Positions 1 to 8,927 of a stretch of 64,000 nt of DNA are shown here, piece by piece. Numbering within the stretch: the first letter of the stretch is position 1; the number at the start of each line of letters is the position of its first letter. Source of the stretch: an uncultured Ignavibacteriales bacterium (lineage in GTDB: Bacteria; Zixibacteria; MSB-5A5; GN15; JAAZOE01); assembly GCA_964549765.1 (NCBI GenBank), contig CAZJWR010000002.1, positions 30,691 to 94,690 of the forward strand. Direction: 5' to 3'. The notes below the pieces were generated by a model. It had not been told where the DNA came from and did no database searches. It worked only from the letters and a program-made list of their open reading frames with translations. The position numbers and the translations under genes are program-made.

Positions 1-1334
<1,334 letters not shown>

Positions 1335-1342
1335 TCACTTCA

Positions 1343-2059
1343 CTAATTATTGCTGTCTTCGGTCCAGATCAGCATCCGCCCGCAGCTGTCGCAGGTGATG
1401 ATGCTCTGGCCGAGTTTGATTTCTTGGATTTTCTGCGGCGGCAGGGCCTTGTAGCAGGCGCCGCAGGCCCGCTTTTTGACCGGCACCACAGCCGCCCCGC
1501 CTTTGCCCCGACGAATGCGATCATACGCCCGCAGCACCCGCTGGCTCACTTGTCCGACCAGGTTTTTCCGTTCCTTTTCCTTGTCATTTATCTTGGACCC
1601 GACCGAATCGATCTGCTCCTGCAAACTCGCTATCTGTTCCTTGTTGATTCTCTTAATCCCCTCGACCTGACCGTCGAGTCCCTCGATTTCGTTCTCGTAT
1701 TCCTCGATCGCCTCCATCAGGTCCACGGCTCGGGTTTCCAAGTCGTTGATACGCTCCTTGATCTGATCGATTTCACTGACCAGCGCGTCATATTCCTTGT
1801 TGGTCTTTATCGCCATCATCCGCTGCTGCAGGTTCTTCAGCTTGTCCTGCTTTTCGTGCAGCTCCAAGTCGACTTCCCGCTGCTCCACCCTGGATTTGTC
1901 TAGGGCCTCCGAGATATCTCCGAGCTTCCGTTCGGACTCCTCGATCTCCCGCCGCAGATTTTCCATCATATCCGGGATATATTCCTTGGATCGCTCCAGC
2001 TCCCCCAGGTCATAGTCAATGCTCTGCAATTTCAAAAGCAACTCCAGATCGCCGTTCAT
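1343..2059 (-). CDS. coiled-coil / C4 zinc-ribbon protein (DUF164, COG1579-like)
   Basis: 238-aa ORF. A long E/K/L-rich coiled-coil-like region is followed by a C-terminal double CxxC (CGACYKALPP...CDSCGRML). Confidence 0.7.
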   Translation of the reverse strand: MNGDLELLLKLQSIDYDLGELERSKEYIPDMMENLRREIEESERKLGDISEALDKSRVEQREVDLELHEKQDKLKNLQQRMMAIKTNKEYDALVSEIDQIKERINDLETRAVDLMEAIEEYENEIEGLDGQVEGIKRINKEQIASLQEQIDSVGSKINDKEKERKNLVGQVSQRVLRAYDRIRRGKGGAAVVPVKKRACGACYKALPPQKIQEIKLGQSIITCDSCGRMLIWTEDSNN

Positions 2060-2091
2060 GTCCAGCTCCTTCGGATCACGCTACCACCGAT

Positions 2092-2124
2092 AAAAAAAGT
2101 GCCTGCCATTCGCATGGCGGGCAC
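2092..2124 (-). terminator. intrinsic terminator downstream of the tRNA pair
   Basis: On the minus strand, the stem GTGCCCGCCAT-GCGA-ATGGCAGGCAC (one G:T pair) is followed by TTTTTTT. Confidence 0.6.
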
Positions 2125-2235
2125 TCCTGAATTTTCTGTCTGTTTTTCCGGCGTACATTTTCGCATGGTTGCGATAATCGTATATACGCCGGAGATTGTT
2201 TTTCGTTCGTCTACGCACCAAAATACAATCTTTCA

Positions 2236-2312
2236 TGGTGGGCAATACTGGATTCGAACCAGTGACCTCTCGGATGTGAACCGAACGCTCTAACCAACTG
2301 AGCTAATTGCCC
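2236..2312 (-). tRNA. tRNA-Val (anticodon CAC), CCA encoded
   Basis: A manual cloverleaf fold works. Acceptor GGGCAAT/ATTGCCC, D stem GCTC/GAGC, anticodon stem TTCGG/CCGAG with loop TTCACAT, T arm ACTGG-TTCGAAT-CCAGT, then ACCA. Confidence 0.9.
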
Positions 2313-2342
2313 ATCCCTGTTTTTTCTACTCCAAAGATCATC

Positions 2343-2416
2343 TGGGCCCACCAGGACTCGAACCTGGGACCCGCTGATTATGAGTCAGCTGCTCTAACCG
2401 ACTGAGCTATGGGCCC
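2343..2416 (-). tRNA. tRNA with CAU anticodon (elongator Met, or Ile2 if lysidine-modified); CCA not encoded
   Basis: Acceptor GGGCCCA/TGGGCCC, anticodon stem GCTGA/TCAGC with loop CTCATAA, T arm CCAGG-TTCGAGT-CCTGG. The paired 1:72 position and the anticodon stem argue against an initiator tRNA. Confidence 0.85.
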
Positions 2417-2431
2417 AATCTATAGCCTTGC

Positions 2432-2460
2432 AATATAAGACTCATCTCCGTTCCGGTCAA
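2432..2460 (-). promoter_or_regulatory. sigma70-type promoter for the tRNA pair
   Basis: The minus strand reads TTGACC-17 nt-TATATT. The -10 element ends about 15 nt before the first tRNA base. Confidence 0.5.
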
Positions 2461-2640
2461 CCTCTTTTTCGGAAGCCGCCGGCCGCGCCGACTCTATCTC
2501 TATAAACCGCTGGCCGGCAGGGCAGTTCCCCCCCAAATTCCCGATCGTGTCCGGATTGAATTTTGCGAATTTCCCCGCCCGCCTCGAAAACGCGGATCAG
2601 CCCGGGACGACCGATGCCGCCGCCCACCGGCAGGTTCTTC

Positions 2641-2669
2641 TTGACATATCCGGCGGGGACGATTATTAT
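2641..2669 (+). promoter_or_regulatory. near-consensus sigma70 promoter for the oxidoreductase/Cys-peptide operon
   Basis: TTGACA (2641-2646), a 17-nt spacer, then TATTAT (2664-2669). It lies about 80 nt upstream of the ATG at 2751. Confidence 0.55.
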
Positions 2670-2750
2670 GTTACTTCAGGACTGGGGATTCAGGCATCAT
2701 TCGGCATCACCGGCATCAGTCCCGGACACATATCTACAAGGAGAGACCTC

Positions 2751-3335
2751 ATGGCTACGCGTGCGTTCTCCGTCAAGGAAGGCGTCATGTACATCCTGGT
2801 CGGCGGGGTGGTTTTGTTTTTCGCCGTGTTTCTCGGCATCCGCACCGGCTTTGCCATTCGCGGCGGCGGCGGCGAACCCGGCGAACTCACCCCGGAAAAC
2901 CTGCCCAATCGAACGATATTGAAACTGGGCGATCCCTTTCCGGCGCTTCCGGTCAAATCGCCCGACGCCAATACCCTGCAAATCTCCGACATCACCGGCG
3001 GAAAACCGACCGTCTTCGCCTTCGTGCTGCCCGGATGCGATCCGTGCAAAAACATGCTGACCAAGTGGCGGGCGAACGGCATCGTCAACGATGACAAAGG
3101 CGTTCATATCGTGTTATTGGCCGCCAGTCAGCCCGATGAACTAAATGCGGGACCCCTCGCGGAATTCGAAGGCGATTATCCGATCTATTTTGTCGATATG
3201 GAGCAGCTGGGCGAGCAGTGCGGTATTTCCAGCTTCCCCAGCGTCGTGGGCGTCAAAGCGGATGAAACGATCGGCTTTGTCGCCAACGCCTACGTTTATC
3301 GTCTCGATACGGCATTTTTTAAAAAATATCTGTAA
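2751..3335 (+). CDS. membrane-anchored TlpA/ResA-like thiol:disulfide oxidoreductase (CDPC motif)
   Basis: It lies inside ORF 2547..3335. The start was set at ATG 2751 because AAGGAGAG lies upstream and the promoter lies inside the longer ORF. There is one N-terminal TM helix (YILVGGVVLFFAVFLGIRTGFAI). The thioredoxin fold has VLPGCDPCK and a cis-Pro loop SSFPSVVG. Confidence 0.75.
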   Translation: MATRAFSVKEGVMYILVGGVVLFFAVFLGIRTGFAIRGGGGEPGELTPENLPNRTILKLGDPFPALPVKSPDANTLQISDITGGKPTVFAFVLPGCDPCKNMLTKWRANGIVNDDKGVHIVLLAASQPDELNAGPLAEFEGDYPIYFVDMEQLGEQCGISSFPSVVGVKADETIGFVANAYVYRLDTAFFKKYL

Positions 3336-3415
3336 AGGAGAAGCCCCTTTTCCATTTTCGGAATTGGATAAGGGCGATCCGAATTCAAACCATTCATCAA
3401 GGAGGATGTTGTCCC

Positions 3416-3697
3416 ATGAAGAAACTCACCATCTATGGAAGCCTGTTTCTCTTCGTATTCGGGCTCTCGGCCGGCCTGGTGGTTACCATGCCCGGCCAGG
3501 CACAGGCCTATCAGCTGTGTACGCTTGAATGCGTGGGCCAGTATTATTGCAATACCCACAAAACCGGGGAGTTGTGCACCAGCCCGAAAATGCCCTATTA
3601 CAAGTATTGGGTCGCGACATGCGTTGGGGGACCGCTCAATTGCCCGCCCACTCACTGGGTCGGTTGTTGCCCCAAACTTATTCCGATTGAACCGTAA
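3416..3697 (+). CDS. small Sec-exported cysteine-rich peptide (8 Cys in a 62-aa predicted mature part), family unknown
   Basis: 93 aa with AGGAGG 9 nt upstream. The signal peptide is MKKLTIYGSLFLFVFGLSAGLVVTMPGQAQA|YQ. The mature part is YQLCTLECVGQYYCNTHKTGELCTSPKMPYYKYWVATCVGGPLNCPPTHWVGCCPKLIPIEP. Confidence 0.7.
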   Translation: MKKLTIYGSLFLFVFGLSAGLVVTMPGQAQAYQLCTLECVGQYYCNTHKTGELCTSPKMPYYKYWVATCVGGPLNCPPTHWVGCCPKLIPIEP

Positions 3698-3775
3698 TTA
3701 CGCGATATAAATCGTCGCCCATCCGGGCCCTTCCGGGTGCGCGGCGTAATTGTCACGGCACGGGGAGGCATCGAT

Positions 3776-4348
3776 ATGGCATCGACGAAATTTCCCATCA
3801 AAAGGGCCGTCATGATCATTGTTGTCGGCGGGATCATTCTGTTTCTGGCTGTATTTGTCGGCATCCAGATCGGCTATGCCCTGAAAGGCGGCGACCGGAC
3901 ATCTGCGACGGAAGCGATATCGTCCGGCACGCCGTCGCCCGGCGACCCAGTTCCCTCGCTGAAACTGTTTACCGAAGACGGGCGGCCGTCGAACCTGCGC
4001 GAAATCGTGTCGGGGGGAGATGCGCTCATCGCTTTCACTATGTCCGGATGCAGCTCCTGCTCGGATCTATTGTCCGGATGGAAAGCAGACGGTATCCTTG
4101 ACCGGCGGGAAGGAAGGCGAATATTCGTCGTCGTCGCGACGCCGCCCGGCGATTTTGACGCCGGGGAGCTGGCCCCTTATGCTTCATACTGTCCCATGTA
4201 TTTCTGCGATAACGCCGACCTTTATGTAGATCTGGATGTACATGGTTTGCCGGCGGTCCTCGGTGTGACCGGGGACGGCGCCGTGAGTTTTTTCAGCGAT
4301 GACGCCGAATCAATTCGCGATACGACCTATCTCGTGCGTCATCGGTAA
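3776..4348 (+). CDS. membrane-anchored TlpA/ResA-like thiol:disulfide oxidoreductase, paralog (CSSC motif)
   Basis: The start at ATG 3776 has GGGGAGG 7 nt upstream. The TM anchor IVVGGIILFLAVFVGIQIGYALKGG is nearly superimposable on that of 2751..3335. The fold has TMSGCSSCS and a cis-Pro loop HGLPAVLGV. Confidence 0.75.
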   Translation: MASTKFPIKRAVMIIVVGGIILFLAVFVGIQIGYALKGGDRTSATEAISSGTPSPGDPVPSLKLFTEDGRPSNLREIVSGGDALIAFTMSGCSSCSDLLSGWKADGILDRREGRRIFVVVATPPGDFDAGELAPYASYCPMYFCDNADLYVDLDVHGLPAVLGVTGDGAVSFFSDDAESIRDTTYLVRHR

Positions 4349-4430
4349 TCGATCTGCCTGCCGGACATTCGGCCGACAGGGGAGGGGATGTAATCTCAAT
4401 CGTATCCAATCCATGGAAGGAGGTGATTTT

Positions 4431-4736
4431 ATGAAGAAAGCGATCATTCTTGCCTCGACCTTTCTGGTCGTGTTCGGCCTGACGCTCGGCATCGTTCTGT
4501 CCCTGAACGAGGGCGCCAATGCCCTCAATCTGTGTGTCTGGGAATGTGCATTCAAGACCACATGGACAACCTATACCGGCCCGGAATGCCCCGGAACCTG
4601 TCCTTCGAGTATGATCTATAAAATTACCCGAAGGTCCACCTGTGTGTCCGGCCCGCTCAACTGTCCGTATGTCAATGAAGTCATCGGTTGTTGGGACGGC
4701 GTCGATCAATTCGGCTGCCTCTTGGGACGGCATTAA
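4431..4736 (+). CDS. small Sec-exported cysteine-rich peptide, paralog (8 Cys in a 70-aa predicted mature part)
   Basis: The start at ATG 4431 has GGAAGGAGGTG upstream. The signal peptide is MKKAIILASTFLVVFGLTLGIVLSLNEGANA|LN. The mature part is LNLCVWECAF...STCVSGPLNCPYVNEVIGCWDGVDQFGCLLGRH. It shares LCxxEC, TCVxGPLNCP and GC blocks with 3416..3697. Confidence 0.7.
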   Translation: MKKAIILASTFLVVFGLTLGIVLSLNEGANALNLCVWECAFKTTWTTYTGPECPGTCPSSMIYKITRRSTCVSGPLNCPYVNEVIGCWDGVDQFGCLLGRH

Positions 4737-4750
4737 TTTTTTATCTGTCT

Positions 4751-4784
4751 CGGCCCGGACTTCGTCCGGGCCGATCATTTTGGG
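4751..4784 (+). terminator. hairpin terminator after the second Cys-peptide gene
   Basis: The stem CGGCCCGGA-CTTCG-TCCGGGCCG is followed by ATCATTTTGG. The T tract is interrupted. Confidence 0.5.
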
Positions 4785-4874
4785 GTACTTACCCTTATAG
4801 GACGCGCCTCCAAGTTGTACCAAGATTCCCGGTGAAATTTCGGTCGGCAATCGGGATATTTTGCACCTTCCCGC

Positions 4875-4901
4875 TAAATAGCTTAACATATTTGCCGATT
4901 T
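4875..4901 (+). promoter_or_regulatory. sigma28 (FliA)-type promoter upstream of motAB
   Basis: TAAA (4875-4878), 15 nt, then GCCGATTT (4894-4901). This matches the TAAA-N15-GCCGATAA class consensus and lies about 50 nt upstream of the motA ATG. Confidence 0.6.
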
Positions 4902-4951
4902 ACACTTAAGAGGTGCGTAATAACCCGTCCTCGGTACAAAAAGGGAATGCC

Positions 4952-5809
4952 ATGCTTACCATAGTCGGCTTTATCGTCGTCGCCGGAGCCGTTATCGGTG
5001 GATTCATCATGGAGGGAGGCCAACTCATGGTCCTCTTCCAGCCCGCAGAATTTCTTATCATCGGCGGCGCGGCTCTCGGCGCACTTCTCGTGGCTACTCC
5101 CATACCCGTTCTCAAGGAACTGATCCGGCAGATCAAGTCCTCGTTCGGCGGCGGATACGGTAAAGAGGCATTTACGGGGCAGATGGTCATGCTGTATGAG
5201 ATTTTCAACATCGCCCGGCGCGAGGGCCTGGTCGGGCTCGAATCGCATATCGAGAAACCGGAAGAATCCGAAGTCATCCGGCGCTATCCGGCCTTCCTGC
5301 AAAACCATCATGCCGTCAGTTTCATGTCCGACACCATGCGATTGATCATCACCGGGTCGGTTCAGCCCCATGAGCTCGAAGCCCTGCTCGACGTCGATCT
5401 CGAAACTCATCATGAGGAAGTCGATACGCCCCCGACGATGCTGTCCAACATCGCCGATTCCCTCCCGGGTCTCGGTATCGTCGCGGCCGTTCTCGGCGTT
5501 GTCATCACCATGGGCGCCATCGGCGGCCCGCCCGAGGAGATCGGGCACAAGGTCGGCGCGGCGTTGGTCGGGACGTTCCTGGGCGTGCTGCTTTGCTACG
5601 GTTTCGTCGGCCCGCTGGCCAACAACATCCGCACCAGCAACCGATCCGACACGACCTATATGCATTGTCTCAAACAATGCCTGCTGGCGTTCTGCAAGGG
5701 TTTTCCGCCGTCGATCGCCGTCGAATACGGCCGCAGATCGATTCCGACCGAGGTGCGCCCCTCGTTTATCGAGGTCGAGGATGCCTGCAAACTGACGCGC
5801 AAGGGGTAA
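4952..5809 (+). CDS. motA: flagellar motor stator protein MotA
   Basis: MLTIVGFIVVAGAVIGGFIMEGGQLMVLFQPAEFLIIGGAALGALLV... has a typical MotA N-terminus and four TM segments. The start at 4952 was chosen by homology to MotA N-termini. Confidence 0.9.
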   Translation: MLTIVGFIVVAGAVIGGFIMEGGQLMVLFQPAEFLIIGGAALGALLVATPIPVLKELIRQIKSSFGGGYGKEAFTGQMVMLYEIFNIARREGLVGLESHIEKPEESEVIRRYPAFLQNHHAVSFMSDTMRLIITGSVQPHELEALLDVDLETHHEEVDTPPTMLSNIADSLPGLGIVAAVLGVVITMGAIGGPPEEIGHKVGAALVGTFLGVLLCYGFVGPLANNIRTSNRSDTTYMHCLKQCLLAFCKGFPPSIAVEYGRRSIPTEVRPSFIEVEDACKLTRKG

Positions 5810-5812
5810 TCG

Positions 5813-6664
5813 ATGGCCGACGAGCAGAAAAAAGAGCAACCGATAATCGTCGTCAAAAAGGTGGGCAAACACGGCGGTCATCACGGCGGCGCCTGGAAGG
5901 TCGCCTATGCCGATTTCGTCACCGCCATGATGGCCTTCTTTCTCGTCATGTGGCTGGTCACCCAGTCGAATGTAATCCGGCAGGCCGTCCAATCGTATTT
6001 TCTCGATCCGGTGCATCACGGCAAGAATTTCAAAGCCAGTGTCCTGAAAGGCGGCGCCGGCGCGCTCAAGGGCGGCGCTATCGGCACCGGGGCCGGTGAT
6101 GAAATGACGCAGCAGGAACAGTTGAAAAAGGATATGGAGGCGCTCGGCAATCATATCAAGGAAGTGATGGATGGCATCCCCGGTCTCGATATTCTCCGCA
6201 ACGCCATCGAAATCGAAATGACCCAGGAAGGCTTGCAGATCCAACTTATCGAGGGCAGCGACAACATCACATTCTTCAAATCCGGCCGCGCCATGCTCAG
6301 CACCAAGGCCGAATTGATCCTTAAGACAATCGCCATGGAACTGCGCAAAGTTCCCAATATGATCGTGATCGAGGGGCACACCGACGCCCAGGACCATTCC
6401 TTTGCCGATAATTATTCCAATTGGGAGCTTTCGACCGACCGGGCCAACGCCGCCCGGCGGGCCATGGTCGAGGGTGGGCTCGATCCCCGGCGCGTCTACA
6501 ATGTGCGCGGATACGCCGACAAGAAGCTGCGGATTCCGGAAAATCCCTATGATCCGCGCAACCGGCGTATTACAATTCTTGTGCTTAATCGTATACCCTG
6601 TGAGGAGACGCCGCAGGATAGTTACGACACACCAATTATGATGTCTAAAAACGACGGGCAGTAG
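5813..6664 (+). CDS. motB: flagellar motor protein MotB (OmpA-like C-terminal domain)
   Basis: GGAWKVAYADFVTAMMAFFLVMWL is the plug/TM region containing the conserved Asp. The C-terminal part is OmpA-like: IEGHTD...NWELSTDRANAARR. Confidence 0.9.
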   Translation: MADEQKKEQPIIVVKKVGKHGGHHGGAWKVAYADFVTAMMAFFLVMWLVTQSNVIRQAVQSYFLDPVHHGKNFKASVLKGGAGALKGGAIGTGAGDEMTQQEQLKKDMEALGNHIKEVMDGIPGLDILRNAIEIEMTQEGLQIQLIEGSDNITFFKSGRAMLSTKAELILKTIAMELRKVPNMIVIEGHTDAQDHSFADNYSNWELSTDRANAARRAMVEGGLDPRRVYNVRGYADKKLRIPENPYDPRNRRITILVLNRIPCEETPQDSYDTPIMMSKNDGQ

Positions 6665-6885
6665 CGCCCGGTTCGCGATCGCTGGAAATCCGAAATTTCC
6701 GTATAACCAACAGGCATTCATCGCGTTATAGCGAAATGGGTTCGTTTTGTCATTTTTACTGTTTTCGACATCCTTTTCTTGTGTAGCAACAAGTTACAAC
6801 AGGGGAAAAAATCGGAGATTTTTTCCCTACTCTGCAGGTCTCCCTATATAATGGCCCGGAGCGACAAATTGCATCGATTCGGCAT

Positions 6886-6957
6886 GAATTTTTAAGGAGT
6901 ATGAGCGGGAACCCACCCTCGACCGCCTGCGGCGGTCTTCGGATGGGGCACCAGTCC
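6886..6957. repeat. dispersed intergenic repeat, copy A (second copy at 36810..36879)
   Basis: The 54-nt core at 6904-6957 matches 36826-36879 at 47 of 54 positions (hand count), including a 31-nt identical run AGCGGGAACCCACCCTCGACCGCCTGCGGCG. It contains the hairpin GACCGCC-TGC-GGCGGTC. Confidence 0.75.
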
Positions 6958-6994
6958 ATTGAAAGCTATTCGGCAGATATCGGAGACATCCGCT

Positions 6995-7771
6995 CTAGTT
7001 GTTCTTCCACTCCGGCTTGCGCTTTTCCAGAAACGACTGGATGCCCTCGTTGGCGTCGTGCGTGGCCATGAGTTCATCAATATACAATCGCCTCTGTTTT
7101 TGGAGACCATCCCTGAGCGTGCGGTTGAACTCTAACCGGGCGGCCCGCACGGCATATTTCAACGACGATGCGCTCTTGGGCAGGATGGCCTTTTCCGCCC
7201 AGGCGTCGACTCCCGCCAGCATCGATTGGTTATCTTCGAAGACGGCATTGACGAGGCCCATCGCGAGGGCATCGTCGGCCGAGATGATTTTCCCAGTAAG
7301 CAGCAGATCGTCGGCGCGCGCCTGGCCGATTTTCATCGGCAATATCAACGACGCCGGCGGCGCGAACACGCCGAGCTGGATTTCGGGCTGGCCCAGTTTG
7401 GCTGTTTTGTCGGCGAAAAGGAAATTGCACATCAGGGCCAATTCCATGCCGCCGCCGAGGCATTGCCCGGATACCAGAGCCGCCGTCGGTATGGCCAGAT
7501 CGGCCAGCGTATGAAACAGCTTGTGGAACTGCTTCAACATGGCCGGGGCTTTTTCTTTCGTATGCTCGGGAACGCTGGCGCCGAAGCAGAAATGATCGCC
7601 CGCCCCGGTGAATTGCAGCAGTTTGACGTCATCCTGATCGGACAAAACATCCAGAAATTCCTGGATGTTGTCCATCATTTCGGCGTCGAGGACATTCGCC
7701 TTTGGCGCATTCAACGTTACCCGGACGATTTGGCCGTCGTGAAACGGTTCCACTATGATTTTTTGCGCCAT
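6995..7771 (-). CDS. dch: enoyl-CoA hydratase/isomerase family; candidate cyclohexa-1,5-diene-1-carbonyl-CoA hydratase
   Basis: The start at 7771 (MAQKII...) has GAGGTGA upstream and lies 4 nt after the oah stop. Crotonase motifs are present: FCFGASV and GGGMELAL. The specific function is inferred from its position directly after had and oah. Confidence 0.6.
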   Translation of the reverse strand: MAQKIIVEPFHDGQIVRVTLNAPKANVLDAEMMDNIQEFLDVLSDQDDVKLLQFTGAGDHFCFGASVPEHTKEKAPAMLKQFHKLFHTLADLAIPTAALVSGQCLGGGMELALMCNFLFADKTAKLGQPEIQLGVFAPPASLILPMKIGQARADDLLLTGKIISADDALAMGLVNAVFEDNQSMLAGVDAWAEKAILPKSASSLKYAVRAARLEFNRTLRDGLQKQRRLYIDELMATHDANEGIQSFLEKRKPEWKNN

Positions 7772-7775
7772 GATG

Positions 7776-8861
7776 TCACCTCGGTAGTATGGCGTCGAGA
7801 AGTTCATCATCCCAGGGATGACCCTCGGCCAGCATGAGACGGAGCTTGATGAAATCGACTTCCCGATTTCCCTTGGGGCCTTCGTTGAATGCCCGGAAAC
7901 CGGCTTTGGCCTCGGTCATCATATTCAGACCCAGCCAGTCGCGGTTGGACTGCTGGTTTCTGTCCCAATGCTCCAGTTTTTTCTTCCGCACGCTATTCAG
8001 GGTTTTGTTCACACAGTCGGGCATCAAGTACAGGAATTTGGTCGTCAGAGCGTTGACGGCATTGTCCAGCGGCGTCATGTCGATTTCACCGGTTGCCATC
8101 ATCTCTTTGCCCTTCTTATATTCATCACCCGGTTTTCTTCTGCCGTAGACCGTATCACCGGATTCATCCAGCCAGCGGTCGGTGACCACCAGCGGATTAC
8201 GGATGAATTTGCCGTCGACTTTCAGAACCGGGATGGCCTCGGTTATGAGTCCGTACGCTTTGGCCTCATACGCCGACCACATATCGCAGAGGGTGCAGCT
8301 TTGAAAGGCGCGTTCGATTCCGACAAACAGGTGCAGAAAGTCGGTGCTGCCGCCGTCGGGGGCGCTGCCGTGCCTGGGCCCCGCCTGGCCGAAAACTGCC
8401 AGGTCGCTGGCGACGGCCAGGTCGCAGGCCATGCCGATTTCCTGCCCGCCGGCGATCCGCATCCCGTTGACGCGGCAGATGACCGGCTTGTCGCACATGA
8501 GGATCGACGTGATCATATCGTTGAACAGCCGCATATATTGTTTGTATTCCAGGGGCCGCCCGGAATAATATTCGGCATACTCCTTGGTGTTGCCGCCGGT
8601 GCAGAAGGCTTTATCGCCTACGGCGGTGAAGACGACGGCCACGACGGAGCGGTCGTTGGAGGCTTTGCGAAAAGCCAGGATCACTTCCTTGACGGCGTTG
8701 GTCGTGTAGGAGTTATACTGCTTGGGATTGTTAAGAAAAATCCAGGCGTTGTGCAGGCCCTTCACGGGATTGCCGCCGGCATCGAGGCAGGGGCGCAGTT
8801 CGTAGATGATTTCCTTGAAATCGATATCGACCAGATCGTGGCTGACTAAATGGTGACTCAT
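7776..8861 (-). CDS. oah: 6-oxocyclohex-1-ene-1-carbonyl-CoA hydrolase (ring-cleaving crotonase, Oah/BamA type)
   Basis: A long crotonase-superfamily protein of about 361 aa (AFCTGGN...VNGMRIAGGQEIGMACD), matching the size and architecture of Oah/BamA. It is flanked by a Zn-ADH (had) and a short crotonase (dch). The start at 8861 has GAGGAG 9 nt upstream. Confidence 0.7.
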   Translation of the reverse strand: MSHHLVSHDLVDIDFKEIIYELRPCLDAGGNPVKGLHNAWIFLNNPKQYNSYTTNAVKEVILAFRKASNDRSVVAVVFTAVGDKAFCTGGNTKEYAEYYSGRPLEYKQYMRLFNDMITSILMCDKPVICRVNGMRIAGGQEIGMACDLAVASDLAVFGQAGPRHGSAPDGGSTDFLHLFVGIERAFQSCTLCDMWSAYEAKAYGLITEAIPVLKVDGKFIRNPLVVTDRWLDESGDTVYGRRKPGDEYKKGKEMMATGEIDMTPLDNAVNALTTKFLYLMPDCVNKTLNSVRKKKLEHWDRNQQSNRDWLGLNMMTEAKAGFRAFNEGPKGNREVDFIKLRLMLAEGHPWDDELLDAILPR

Positions 8862-8927
8862 AACATCACACTCCTCTATTATCATAGTTTCGCTATTGCC
8901 TTTGCACGCGGGTTTATCAACTTGTAC

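Noticed and set aside
2547-2750. N-terminal 68-aa extension of ORF 2547..3335.
   Set aside because: A near-consensus promoter (2641-2669) lies inside the extension. The extension has no TM or signal features. ATG 2751 has a good SD and begins right before the TM anchor, paralleling the paralog at 3776.
2236-4784. The Cys-peptide module as a tRNA-targeted genomic island.
   Set aside because: Both tRNAs are on the minus strand, so their 3' ends point away from the module. I found no integrase, no direct repeat of a tRNA 3' end and no obvious compositional break by eye.
6675-6682. GCGATCGC (HIP1-type octamer) after motB.
   Set aside because: I noticed only a single occurrence, so there is no evidence of iteration in this window.
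4883-6721. 612-aa minus-strand ORF covering motA and motB. Similar long antisense ORFs include 9573..11156 (+), 12531..14702 (+), 17324..18706 (+), 24139..25566 (+), 38550..39935 (+) and 43550..44860 (-).
   Set aside because: These are shadow ORFs typical of GC-rich DNA. Their translations are low-complexity and R/G/A/P/D-rich with no recognisable motifs. The opposite strand in each case encodes a clearly recognisable protein across the full length.
6803-6829. The perfect AT-rich hairpin GGGAAAAAATC-GGA-GATTTTTTCCC as a terminator for motB or dch.
   Set aside because: There is no T tract after the stem on either strand, and it lies about 140 nt from motB and about 165 nt from dch. It is kept only as a possible structural element, not called as a feature.
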